This document shows positions 27,611 through 40,594 of a stretch of 64,000 nt of DNA, one piece after another. The first letter of the stretch is position 1; every line of letters starts with the position of its first letter. A program made the translations under genes and the position numbers. The notes under the pieces were generated by a model that saw only the letters and a program-made list of their open reading frames with translations, was not told where the DNA came from and did no database searches. This DNA is from Haliotis rufescens (Eukaryota), in assembly GCF_023055435.1 (NCBI RefSeq), contig NW_025964001.1, positions 43,276,001-43,340,000 of the forward strand. Direction: 5' to 3'.

Positions 27611-27934
27611 ATTATAATAACAAATACATGTTCATTGCGATTTGTCAGTTGCAACGTGATCAAAATCATCAAATGCATGTATAAGCACAATGTGTAATCG
27701 TTACTGGCTACTAGGTTGAAATAAACTGCTGGCCAAAATCTTTGAAATAACATACCTAGAAACCTGTGTTAATTTACAACCTTCTAACACTTCTTCTAAC
27801 ACAATGAGAATACAATTACTCTCATATACATAATCATATATCCCAGAGTAAATGTAGTGTCTTAAAAAATGTAACTGTGCTTCATATGAAGTTAGAAAAT
27901 GCATGTATTCTTAAAGTAAATAATGCATCTTTCA

Positions 27935-28548
27935 GTACCTGTTCATGAAGACATCTCCTCGTGATTCACAATTTGCACGTGCAAAAACTTTTTTTACAAA
28001 GTATCCAGTACAAGCTTGGTGGGTGGTGAAATCTATCATAGCGATCCCTAATGTGTGTGAGATCTGGATGTGGATGGATGGATATTGACAGCAAAATGGA
28101 AAACCAAAAGCACTTCATTAGCCTTGAGCTTACCCATTCTTTTTTACAAAGTATCCAGTACTGGTCTGGGAAATTTGCACAACCTTGGTGGGTGGTGAAA
28201 TCTATCAAAGCGATCCCTAATGTGTGTGAGTTCAGACTTCTGGATGTGGATGGATAGATATTGACAGCAAAAGGGAAAACCAAAAGCACTACATTAGCCT
28301 TGAGGTTTCCCTATATTAGCAAACTTTCTTGAACGTTAATTTCGGGAACACCTGGTGTCGTTGTTTTTAATTTTCATTGATCCATTGCGAACACCTGGTG
28401 TCGTTTATATATTTTCAGTGATCCATTCTTAAAATTTGCATCGCTATTTTGCCTTTGACAGCCAATGGAATCTGTTTCGTCGGATAATTGAGACGAATTA
28501 TTCCCTGGCGTTGACGTTTTATATTTCTGGTAGCATTGTAGGCTCCAT
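27935..28548 (-). pseudogene. Scrambled SLC46 exon-1 relic (psi1)
   Basis: ATG GAG CCT ACA ATG CTA CCA GAA ATA TAA at 28548. GNLKANVVLLVFPFAVNIY is fused through a ~400-bp deletion to NSHTLGIALIDFTT, and this fused block is tandemly duplicated. Confidence 0.8.
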
Positions 28549-28699
28549 GCTTGTACAATATAATTTGACCACCCTTCAAAGGTTATATAAACCAAAACAT
28601 TTTAATCGTTATTAAAGTTTACTATGCTGAAAACAGTCGCTGAAAGTCACGAAACTTGAAGTCCAAACACAGTCATGATACCCTCTGTTATCCGTCACG

Positions 28700-29575
28700 A
28701 TCGAATAACCTTTTCTTTTGGTTTCATTTTAGCTACCATTAAACATCAGTGTATACCGACAACGGAGATTATGCCAAACAATATCGGATGTTTTCTAGAT
28801 GTTGGCATGGGGAGATCTAAAAGACATTAGAGAAATGTGGGTAACAGATCATAAGTGTCCAGACACATCACAAACGTAAAATATATTTTCATTCCTTCAA
28901 AGTGCTCGGGATGAGGGGAAAATGTCCTATCTGCATGGAGATAAGCTTGTCATCGACAATGAAGTTTATTCATATAACAACGAGGATTCCAACATCATAG
29001 CTCTCGTGCCCAAGAACCGCTCGACATCAATGGGAACAGATTGGACATAGGACCGGACTTGATCATTTCGGACAATCAACATGAAGCAGGTACTCGTCAT
29101 TCCTCTACACTGAGAGTTTTAGGATGGAATGTACACGGTTAAATACATAAGCTCAGTTTTACAGACTTCAAGCGACTTTTGGATCAATATGACATGTTTT
29201 GTCTCATCGAAACTTTGGCGAAGTCATTTGACAAGTTTTAGTAATGCATTTGCTGAATGTGACTGTTTTCAGATAATTTAAAAGAAGAAATGTAAATTTT
29301 GAAGATGCAGTAGTTGAACAGCAGTAAATGACAAAATGCATGTCTTAACAAGCCCCAACAAATCAAAGTGGATTGACCTTGTTGGTTTGACATCTTAAGG
29401 GAAAACCTTTCAGGAAAAATACCTAATATTTGCGTGTGTAGACATAATACCAGAGTTAATGTCAGGACTGGAAATAAATTTGACTTTATAGAATATGACA
29501 ATATAGATAATTTACCTACCGATGAAAGCACATGCATTATGTCTAATGGTTGTCCACAAGTGAGATATAATAAAG
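28700..29575 (+). mobile_element. 5' part (ORF1 end/endonuclease) of a decayed CR1/L2-group LINE
   Basis: LRVLGWNVHG*...DQYDMFCLIET endonuclease start near 29110; probably continues at 31845 after an insertion. Confidence 0.6.
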
Positions 29576-30426
29576 ATGCCGGTGTCACGAAATATATTCG
29601 CCCCCAGAATAAAATCTCCCCCCCCCCCCCCCGGCGAATTTATACCGGTACAGTTCCACCCCTCGAAATAAACTGTACTGAAATGGTTCTGTACATTCTA
29701 CAGAATGGAGCTGTGCGTAAGCGTCGCTGATATAGGTAACATGTAAAAGATCAATCGTTAGACGAAATAAGATTTGAAACGTATCAAATACTTCAAGCTA
29801 TCGTGATACAAATTTACATCTGTCGGCGTAGCGTTTATATTCATAGGAACGTACAAGGTACTCAAAGTGAAGCCCTTTTCCCTCTACATTCTCAACATAG
29901 TCTCTATCAGAAGTGTTTGGGTTGTGTTGGGTCCGACTTGGCCCGGGCTGTCAAAATCAACTTTAAACACACAGATGTATCATCAAATGTGTCTACATCT
30001 ATAGACAAGTATTATGTCTACCTAAAAACCACTTTATAGTGTATAAGATCGCGGTATTTAAAGAAAACAAGGAACTCAAAGTGAAGCTCCTGTGTGTAAT
30101 CGGTTAAATTGTACGGTATACATTGTAGACAGACAGACAATAATTTATTAATGTCTCACTTGTGTACACACATAAAACAGCTTTGTACAAATCAACATTG
30201 ACAAAATGTACCGAACCATTCAATAGAATTATGAGAGATTATCCCACTGCTAAGTATATGATAAATTGTTGAATTAACATTAGATAAGGTTGAGAATTAA
30301 ATGTGTGTTTTTTCAATACATCGTAGACTGGTGAGTCGTCTGCTTGATGATAACCAGCCTACTCATATTTTTACCATTGTTGGAAAGTGTGTCGGCTCAA
30401 CCTGCTAGCTGGAGCCATCTGGTAAC

Positions 30427-30638
30427 AATTAATCACAAGCTGTCAATATACAATACATTATAACACATCAAGATGGCAGTTTCCATGTAAAGATTAAGTA
30501 TTTCTAAGCAACTTAAAGATATGCACAATATCTAGATATATGTATCTTTAATTTGCTTAGAAATATTTAATCTTTACATGAAAACTGTCATCTTGATGTA
30601 TTATTCTGTTTTGTATATTGACAGCTGGCGATTGATTA
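30427..30638. repeat. ~210-bp imperfect palindrome (hairpin)
   Basis: Arms agctgtcaatatacaa...ctaagcaacttaaagata and tatctttaatttgcttag...ttgtatattgacagct are reverse complements around a short loop. Confidence 0.85.
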
Positions 30639-30899
30639 TGAGGTTATACTGTATCATTTTTACTGTTTTGATATTTTACAATATGTTGTGGTCATCAGTT
30701 ATGCAAATCAGTTTCGGTGTGTCTTTTTAACAAGGCGTTTTTCATTAAGATTCACCGCCAGCCTGATTGTAACAATTACATGTACACTTTGCTTTGACGA
30801 TGCCGGTTGATGTTGTTCAATACAGGCTGGCGGTGGGTGTTTTTGAATCTATTCTACATGCTAATCATTTCGGGAAGATGATACACATTTCTCTATATT

Positions 30900-31070
30900 G
30901 TGGGTTACTTTGCTCATATAATTTCTGAATATCATTCTTAGTTTTACTTTTTCTCTTCTCCTGCGGTGATATCCAGATTTAAAGATTATACATCTAAACG
31001 TACGCAGTCTTAAAGACAAAGTAGATTTAAGCAGTGCTGAATTAGATAGTTATGATGTTGTATGTTTAAA
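30900..31070 (+). mobile_element. CR1-type LINE ORF2 N-terminal fragment
   Basis: FLFSCGDI (2A-like remnant) followed by LKIIHLNVRSLKDKVD...SYDVVCL. Confidence 0.55.
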
Positions 31071-31286
31071 GCCGGGACTGGTCGTCTCGGAGTCAGTAAA
31101 CTGTGTCTGAGTGGGGTATTTATGTTAAACTGCGGCATGGTATCTCAGTGAGCTAGCACTATAATTCGGCATCAGTCCGGACTAGTACAAGCAGCCACAC
31201 ACACGCACATGTGTGCATGCACGTCGCTATATAAGTGCAATAATCTTGGACGCGACGTTAAACCCAATTTCACCTCACCTCACCTA
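31071..31286 (+). mobile_element. V-domain/RUDI-like SINE 3' half with (CACCT)n tail
   Basis: GACTGGTCG.CTCGGAGTCAG...AGCACTATAA...GACGTTAAACCC, related to 47470-48072. Confidence 0.55.
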
Positions 31287-31844
31287 CACTGATACCATTT
31301 TCAAATCGTAGCCTGTATAAAGGAATATATTTTAGATCTTAAATCAGAGTATAACGGAAAGCCTGAGCTGGAGGCGCGCGTGGATATGTTGACAGTTTTT
31401 ACGTAGTTTGCGAGGATTAATAAGATTTCTGAGATTAATAAGAATTCAGTTACGACAGTAACCGTACATGTATTTGTTACATTAAGTCATTTCATTCAAA
31501 TTTGTTTGGTATAATTATGTCTTATAATTATTTTAGAATGGAAGGTACAGTTACCAAATAAAATATGCTGAAATATCAATTCATTATGATCATATTTCAT
31601 AATCTGTTTTTTAAAGTAACCCTCCTTATATTAACGATAACCATTTAAAGAATATAGTACTTAAAGACATTGCAACAAACCGAATAATCAGAGGGGAGAC
31701 TTTATACTGAGGGGGGCGCGAAATGTATCCGCCCGGGGGAGATTTTATTTCAGAACAGATTCTCCGGGGGAGAATCTGTACCGGTATAAAATCCCCGGGG
31801 GGAGACTTTGTACGGGGGAGAGTTTATACCGGGACACCGGCAGA

Positions 31845-33750
31845 ATATTTAACCTGTCTCAGTGGTATAAACAAGGTGCATTATGGGCCTACTACTTTTC
31901 TTCTTATTTATTAAGGAATTGACTGTATATATACGTGATAGTTTTGAAAATCTGATTTATGTTTCACAGGAAATGTCAAATAGTATTGCATTACTTGTTG
32001 CAGATGATGTTATTGTTCCAGATAAAATTACTGGTCTTCAGAACAGATTAAATGCTCTTCAAGATTATTGTGATAAATGGGGTATGGATGTTAATACTGA
32101 CAAAACCAAATGATTGTTATTGAACCTGGCGGGCCCCTCTGTAGGTATAAAAGATGGTAACTGAATGGTAGGCAGCTTGAAGCAGTAAGTAGCTATACAT
32201 ATGTAGGTTTGATACCCACCCCGAAATTAATTTGGACTAAAGGGTGGAATGTTCTATCGGAAAAAAACTATAATATCTATAATATTATTTTGCAGATGAT
32301 CTTATTTGTGTTTCAGATAAAGTTATTGGTCATCAGAACAGATTAATTGCTCTACAATTTTATTGCGATAAAAATGGGGTATGGATGTTAATATTGACCA
32401 AACCAAATATTGTTGGCGGGACCCTCTCTAGGTATAAAGGATGGTCATTGAATGGTAGGCATCTGGAAGTAATAAGTAGCTATACATATTTATGTTTGAT
32501 ACCAACCCCGAAATTAATTTGGACTAAAGGGTGGAATGTTCTATCGGAAAAAAACTATAATATCTATAATATTATTTTGCAGATGATCTTATTTGTGTTT
32601 CAGATAAAGTTATTGGTCATCAGAACAGATTAATTGCTCTACAATTTTATTGCGATAAATGGGGTATGGATGTTAATATTGACCAAACCAAATATTGTTG
32701 GCGGGACCCTCTCTAGGTATAAAGGATGGTCATTGAATGGTAGGCATCTGGAAGTAATAAGTAGCTATACATATTTATGTTTGATACCAACCCCGAAATT
32801 AATTTGGACTAAAGGGTAGAAGGTTCTTTCTGTACAAGCTCCCAAAACTCTTTTCCCTGTAAGATCTATAATAAGGATTTTTAATTAAAATCTATAATAA
32901 GGATCTGCCCGTAAATAATTCATTTAAAATCTTTTACTGGGAAATAATCCCTATTTGGAAGCGAAATATAGGGATTTGTTTATAGAGAAAGTATTGAATG
33001 TATCTATAGGAAATTTTGTAAATTCCAATTAGGGGTGGGGTAAAGATTTTCAAATGCGTCCACCTATGAAGAATGTGGGAGACTTCCTTTAAGTCTATTT
33101 ATTTTGTTAAATGTATAAAATATTGGTGAAGGTTATTAAATATGAATAATGATTCCCTTTTACCCAAGATTCCATTTTGAATCTTATATAATGATGAGAA
33201 ATACATGTGATAGAAGGCACCCAAATCGGGCAAATATGGTTTTGGCTATGCTTGGATGACACAGCATCTTGGTAACTCAGATTTGTTTAACCAGTTATTG
33301 TAACAACGAGTTAGAGACTGGCACTCTTGGTCTCAAACCCCTCTTTAAGATTTTGTACACAACTTAAATCAAACTTTCGATGTGAAAACTAGAACTATAG
33401 AATAGAACTACATTGTCAAAACATTGAATTGGTTATACTATACTTGGTGTCCAGAAATACATAAGAAATAATTCTTCTGATGAATGAAGATGAATTTCTT
33501 TGTCCATTTTGTTGTGTGCTTGAACATGGAGCGCACGTAATCTTCAGTTGCCCTCTGTACTCTCAAACAAGAAGTAAATATTTGTCAAAGTATAACATAT
33601 TTTTAAACCATTAAATTGTAGGTATTATTATTTATTTCGTATCTTACTATGTATGCTACTAATGTTCTGCTTGTTCCATATTGTTCATACCCACACTGTG
33701 AGTCACGTGACCTTAAACATGAATGTACTTAGGCCTTTATGATATTAAAT
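31845..33750 (+). mobile_element. 3' part (RT and downstream) of a decayed CR1/L2-group LINE, containing a ~286-bp triple tandem duplication at 31985-32820
   Basis: ALLVADDV, WGMDVNTDKTK and LEVISSYTYL motifs; the ccgaaattaatttggactaaagggt marker recurs at 32221, 32508 and 32793. Confidence 0.75.
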
Positions 33751-34115
33751 GCTTGAATCCTTTAATATTGGATGTTGTAGTTAAGGATTGCTTCAGCTAA
33801 ATATATATGAATTGTACAGAGCCAGGGCAGATGTGAGTGCAGCTTCGCGTTTATCGACATATCTTAAAGGCCGACCACGGTCTACCTTTCGAACATCTGT
33901 ATGTTGATGCTGTTATCAGTTTTATCATGTTGTCATGAGGCAGCAGACCTTTCGTTTATGTGTGTCAATCAGCCCTGTCAACTCAAAGGACGTCATTCCT
34001 AATTTCTACTGCTGGTTTTATTCTGGGATTTTACAACAATAAAGAAAAAGGTTTGAGGAATATGTGATTGATTTACAACTTAAAAACAAAAAAACCCGGC
34101 ATTCTTAAAAACATT

Positions 34116-34283
34116 CGGGGCGGTCAGGTAGCCTAGTGGTTAAATCGTTCGCTCGTCACGCCGAAGACGCGGGTTCGATTCCCGACGTGGGTACAATGTG
34201 TGAAGCCCATTTTTGGTGTCCCCCGCCGTAATATTGCTGGAATATTGCTAAAAGCGGCGTAAAACCATACTCACTCACTCACT
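34116..34283 (+). mobile_element. SINE family 1
   Basis: Full head with A/B boxes and (ACTC)n tail; matches 915-1087. Confidence 0.85.
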
Positions 34284-35058
34284 TAATTACATTTGATAAT
34301 CACTATAACAGATATTACTAATAACAGTCAGATGAGGAGATTAACCTAAGCCATGTTTCAAGTTACTTGTGGTCGGCCTAAGCCACCTTAGGAATTCCAA
34401 GGCTGTGTAGGCCCCCATCGACGGAGTGGATCAGTGATCATGCTCTCAAGAATTAGTTTTTTTGACTAATGTATATTTGGATTATTGTTGACTGCAACGT
34501 AAAACAACACTCGTCCCTTACCCACGCGTGTGTAGAGAGCAGATAATGTCTCGACAAAACGTTATGTCACTGAAATCAAATCTCTGTTTGATATGTTTGG
34601 TGTACCTCCAGGTGTATGTGTTGACAGTGTAGTGGTAGTGTATTCCCTCACGGCTCAGTGACACACTAGCCTACTGTACATTGTGATAACATTCACAGTC
34701 ATATGACTATAGATTCGCCCAAACTAGGATAACCGTATGCATGAGGACATTCTATGTATGCTGCCTTGAGTTTTTAACTTTTCTGGCGCTTCTATCCGGA
34801 CTAATTGCTGGACATACGAGCCCTAGTACTCGCGAATCACAATGTTTTTCAAATACTGACAAACATGGATTTAAGCAATACCTAATACATATTTTATGCA
34901 ATATAAGTGAAGATTGTTATCGCAAGCAAATACAATGAAAATATTTTGACGCGTTGACGCATTTATATCAATGGTAGTTTATCATATGTATGTTGTGACA
35001 GTGACTGCTATTTAACAAGAAGTTGTTATACGTCTTAAACAGTTTTTGACAAAGGACA

Positions 35059-38000
35059 CTATGTCGTGTTTTCGGTGACAGCCTTGTCCTGTGAGATGAT
35101 GGGACCAGGTTTCCAGTCTGGTTCGTTGTTGACAACAACAGCAGAGGTTTTGGTGTCGACCACGCGACGAGATGTACACAGGAACACTCTGAAACACATG
35201 GATATGCATTTGTTATTCATATAATAGCTCTTTCCTTACATGATTAGTAGAATTGGATAGCTAATGAGATTGTATCTCAATCTTTCCATTCATTCTCCTG
35301 TCAACTTTAGGTACCAAATGTACATTTATTGCAAACGCCAATGCAACATTAACATGGGTATAAAATAGCGAAGTGTAAAAACAATGAAATATAGACATAA
35401 TGGTTTAAATAGAAGACAGGTTACATAAGTCTTTTTTGGGAACTAACACTATGATAGTGTGACGTAAAGCTTTAACTCACTCACTCACTCACTCACTCAC
35501 TCACTCACTCACACTATGATAGCTGCTGACAACAGTTGGAATCCCGCACAGACGAAAAAGGCGAAGCCACGCAGTATCTTCACAGTGGCATCATACATCT
35601 CGTTGAAAGCTGTTATGCCTATAGTTGATGAGATGATGTTCACAAGTCCAATACCGGCAAACAGTGATCCTGAAATCAATGTTCAACATAACATTACAAA
35701 CGATATTTAGGAACAGTACTCAACCGCCTATAAAACATGTTACAAAATATTTCACAGTGTCAATTGGCATCTTTTCCTCAAGTGTAAAGTTCCTTTTATT
35801 TTTATTCCTTTTAATTAAATGCTTTGTCAGTGAACAAGATGAACCAAATGAATAAAGACATCATCTCAATTATGCTATGGAAATATAATTCCAATATATT
35901 CTACATAGATAGTGGTCAGTGAGGTTTTGTTGTTTGTTGTTCAGCGACGCACTTGGCAAACCAAATATCCAGCAATGTGACAGCAGCTTGTAAATAATCG
36001 AACCTGGACCAGACAAACCAGTGATGTGCGTTGTCCCAAGTCATCAAGGTATGTGGCCACGCATTTAACCATCAAAATGAGTGTGACCACCCGTTCCAAT
36101 CAGTGGTCGCTTACAAGCTTAGACTGATGGGGACATATTCTAGCCAGAAATCCCCCGACTCGTTTGTTTGTTGTTTAACGCCACACTCGACATTATTCCA
36201 GTTATACCACAGTGGTCTACCGAATGTAGGTTAGACAATCAAGTGATTGATCCACTCATTTGAAATATGATGACATGCAATCATCAAATAAAGCGACAAA
36301 ACCCTTTCCACATCCAATAGAAAGCTCTGCTTAAAGCAGAGTCGATAGTACGATTCCGACCATGTCATAAGCATGTGTTTATGAATCACTATCAAATAGT
36401 GATGATTCGCGAAAAGGTTAGGGTTAGCGCATCCTGCCCCACCGGTGGAACCCTTCACAAACACATAGGTAGAGCATTTATAAATGTCGGTGTATACCTC
36501 AGGGTCAATAAAATGTTACACACTGAATAATCTGAATTCTTTCCAGTCTATTAAGTTGTTTTACGTGTCAAATGACATCACTATACTACTATGAAATGTA
36601 CACTAACAAATTGGAACGTATCTTACGTGGCATTTTAAAAGCTGAAGTATCAGTGTGTGTTTGTGTGATCGTTGTTTAACGCAGCACACAGCAATATTTC
36701 TGTTATATGACAGCGGTCTGGAAATAATCGAATCAGAACCTGACAACCAGGTGATTGACAACATAAATATCGATCCCCGTATCCAATAAGATACGATGAC
36801 ATGCAATCAACCAAGTCACCGAGCCTGACCCGCCTCGTAGGATAAGCATGGGTTGATGAGGATCTTTGTTCTAATCGATAATTCCCTTGGTTATTATCAA
36901 ATATATGTTACTATTAGTGAATTAACCTTTAAAGAAAGCATTCTTTCCAAATTCCCTCAGTGCATGTTACATATATTAAGTTTCAACATATCACTTTACT
37001 GCTCAGCTTCAATGCGGTATGTTAAGGAAACTCTTCACGATATATGTGGTTGAATTAATCTCATAGTCAGAATCAGTGAGAGCTTTAAATTTCTTGATTT
37101 CTAATTTATGTTTTGAAGTTTTTCTAACAGATAATGAAATAGCAACAACATTGCTTCTGTAGAGCATTTTCGGAATGGTTTACCATTTCCACTCGTTTGA
37201 ACTAGGTAAACTGTTCTTAATTCTTGTATTTATACATCTTGCTTAAATGAAAGTGTCCAAAGTATACTCTTGACTGTAAGGGCGGTGGGGTAGCCTAGTG
37301 GTTCGAAGACCTGGGTTCGATTCCCCACATGGGTACAATGTGTGAAGCCCATTTCTTGTGTTCCCTGCCGTGCTATTGTAGGAATATTGTTTAAAGCGGC
37401 GTAAAACCATACCCATTCACTCCCTGTACTGTAAATGGTGACTGACACAAGAACGCTGTCTGTGACTGAAATCCATGACTTCATCTTTGACATCTGTCTG
37501 TGTACTCACCCTGCATTTCAGCAGGAGCCATCCGCGACATGATAGCCCTCAGTGTCGGCAAGAAAGGGGCTGCAAGACCATTGGGCAAAACAACTACAAC
37601 AAAAAGACATCAAACAGCAAATAGCAACGGCTGATAATACTTTCTGATATATATAGCAACCATATAATCTTCCTTGACCATTGGGCAAAACAACAACTAC
37701 AAAAAGACATCAAAAAGTAAATAGCAAAGGCTGATAATATTTTCTCATATATAGCACAATATAATTTTCCTTGGGGCATGAATTCTCACCCTTTTGCCGG
37801 AAACATGCCAACTTCTTGGAAACATTTAAAACCTTGACGCAATTGTTCTGATGACTTACATGAGAAAAGCATGAAGTCAGTGGTGGCCAGGCCCTCAAGG
37901 ACAAAGGCTCCTGCCTGTATGACTCCTGTTATGATACATATTCCTGGGTCTGAGGTGCACAGATGGAGGAGTTTGATGACTGGAATCCCCAGTAATTGCA

Positions 38001-38967
38001 TGGTGAGGCAGAACGCCATATTAAAGTAGCCAATGAGCTCTGGTCCCCAACAGAAAGGCAGGTTTAGTTGGAAAAGATATTGCACAATGTACACCCCAGC
38101 CTGACCGAAAAAGGATATAAAATATGCTGCAAGTATAAGCCAGAAATAGATTCGCGTTGGTCCAAAATCTTTTGAAAAGTAGAATCCAAATACATTTTTC
38201 ACTGCTTTCATTGGAGTCGGGTATTGAGATCTTCGATCCGTGTGGATAGTTTCTGGGAGAAGAAGAACAACAAGGAGGAGAGAGAGAAGCATGAGTGAGG
38301 TTGTAGTTATCGACGGGTAGAGATAACCTAGGTCTTTCATGAAGTAACCAGTACTGACTGAGGAAGCTGCAGCAGCCAGGTAGGTGGTGAAATCTATCAC
38401 AGCGATCCATATTGTGCGAGAGTTCTTAGGTGGTGTGTTGTCAGCCGTGTAGGCATAACTAGCTAGAATCACACCATTGTATCCCCCTGAAATACCATCT
38501 AAGGCCTCGCCAATGTACAGGTATCTCAGATCGAGATTCCAGTAAATAACAGCTGTTAAAAACACATACCTTAGAACCTCTCCAATTAATGGTACTATAA
38601 AGAGGAATCGTCGACCAAGAAAATCAGAATATGCCCCTAGAAACAGACAGCTTATTACTGATAAGGAGCTTCCAATAACTGTGAGTATAGTTTGACAGTT
38701 TGATGTCCTTTCTTGAACTATTTCCTGTAACATATATCCTGGATCCGACTTGTTAACGTAACAGGTTTGATTTGGAGTGTTGGCAGACCCTGTGCTGTTA
38801 TCGAACACCTCATCGGAGTACCTCTTGTAAAGATATTGTGTTACCAGTGGATTACGGATATTGACAGCCAAATGGAAAACAAGAAACACAACGTTAGCCT
38901 TGAGTAGATTTCCAAGTGTTGACTTGTCTTTTTTAACTTTGTTTTCAAGTAGCGGTGTAGACTCCAT
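35059..38967 (-). CDS. SLC46A-like: SLC46-family transporter copy D (~492 aa); exons 37860-38967, 37510-37593, 35513-35669, 35059-35188
   Basis: Open joined frame. Exon 2 FVLPNGLAAPFLPTLRAIMSRMAPAEMQG (TAG acceptor); exon 4 VFLCTSRRVVDTK...DWKPGPIISQDKAVTENTT*. Confidence 0.9.
35475..35512 (-). repeat. GT(GAGT)9 microsatellite forming the exon-3 donor of copy D
   Basis: (ACTC)9AC on the plus strand abuts the exon-3 end at 35513. Confidence 0.9.
37279..37422 (+). mobile_element. SINE family 1, internally deleted
   Basis: GGGCGGTGGGGTAGCCTAGTGG...GGGTTCGATTCCC...GCGGCGTAAAACC. Confidence 0.8.
37576..37772 (-). repeat. ~100-bp tandem duplication spanning the exon-2 acceptor of copy D
   Basis: gaccattgggcaaaacaac...aaaaagacatcaaa...ctgataata...tcctt occurs at 37576 and again at 37676. 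Confidence 0.85.
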
Positions 38968-39631
38968 GTTCCCCCAGTATCATGCCATCAGTCGATTGTG
39001 AATACCACATGATCTGTATCCTAATATCATGTGATAGATGTACAGTGTATGTAGTCGTATCTCTAACATAAGTGATAAACACCCAGTTATCCGTCATCCA
39101 GACCTACGCACATATCACTCGTAGGGTGAATGAACTACATATGCATGGCTATTTTTGGAATCATTATGTGTCCTGATTTACTGATACATATATGTCTAAA
39201 GTGTCTGAAAATCGGGCACAGTTGATATATATTGGTCAGTATGTTTATTGTACATATTATACTTATACTCATCCACTCATTAGTGACAGAAGTATGTTCT
39301 ATAATCTTAAACTTTGCTTCATCCATTGATGGTCACAAAGACGAATTAATGGATATCTGAACTCTTCTGCTGAGCAAAGGTACATTATTAATCCATGATT
39401 TAACTTTACCATAACCATCCTAGTTGTACGACATATGTATGCCAATTTGGATAGCTTCAAATACATGCCATGGAACCAGATTGATATTCAGAAAGACATT
39501 ACAATTTGTTACTTATGTTACGTTCTGATTAAACTAATCAAATACAGGTATCAACACAATATATCAAAGTAATTCAGGTAGAAAGAACCTCCTCGGTTAC
39601 ATACTCCACAGATTAAACATTATTGGTAACG

Positions 39632-39843
39632 TTGGTTGGTTGGCTGGTTGGTTAACGCCGCACTCAGCAATATTCCAGCTATATGACGGCGGTCTGTAAA
39701 TAATCGAGTCTGGACCAGACAATGCAGTGATTAATATCATGAGCATCGATCCACGCAATTTGGATCGATGACATGCATCAAACCAAGTCAGCGAGCCTGA
39801 CCACCCGATCCCGTTAGTCGCCTTTTACGACAAGCATAGTCAC
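39632..39843 (-). mobile_element. SINE family 3
   Basis: Near-identical to 9044-9255. Confidence 0.8.
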
Positions 39844-40594
39844 GAGTAACGAGGTTAAAATACATAACAGTCGGGCATCATGTATGGATTGTACTACTAT
39901 ATAAAACATGATGAGAATAAATGTTCTCTGGTACGTACATGTATATATAGAATACCAAAGGAGTTCTCGTGTAATACCAGTTTTATTTTATGAGCGAAAG
40001 TGAATCAGATACCGGAACTATTCACGAGTTTCATAAAATTGCTTTACACGGAAGTGAGTTTAGTATGTTATTTATTATTTGCCCCTTGTGACTTTTTAAA
40101 AATTTACTCTCGTTTGTGATGGGCAGACATCTATGCGATCAACAGCATAACCCTATTGAGTTTACCAGAATCAAGCTCCAAACACATCAAAAGTTGATAC
40201 GTATTAATTTAATACCATAAAACGGCCTCCCTTTAGAATTCAGGAGTCCGACCCAGAAAGCTTTGTAGTGCTAAAGTTATCGAAACTCATAGACTTAGGA
40301 CTGTCGTGCGCTTTGATAGCCTTGCAGATAGGGGCTCTGCACCACAAAGTTTACAATCACCTCAAAATATCCTATGACGTAGTTTGTTGAATTTTGTTGC
40401 ATGATCCACCTGCGAAACATGTAACGTCAGCTCAGCAAAGGGATTGCTGGGGTCATCGAGTGTGCATAAGCTCCTCTCAGAGATCTATCATCTCTACATG
40501 CAGTGTCATTGAATAACCCGAGGGATGTAGGGAGTTTTCAAAATTTGTCAGTGAAACATGTTCCTGCAGTACTTATGCTAATGCATACACTCAC

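Larger units (their letters stand above)
29578..31841. mobile_element. Non-autonomous TIR DNA element with nested fragments
   Basis: Termini tgccggtgtca... and ...ggacaccggca are inverted, with subterminal GGGGGAGA/TCTCCCCC repeats at both ends. Confidence 0.65.
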
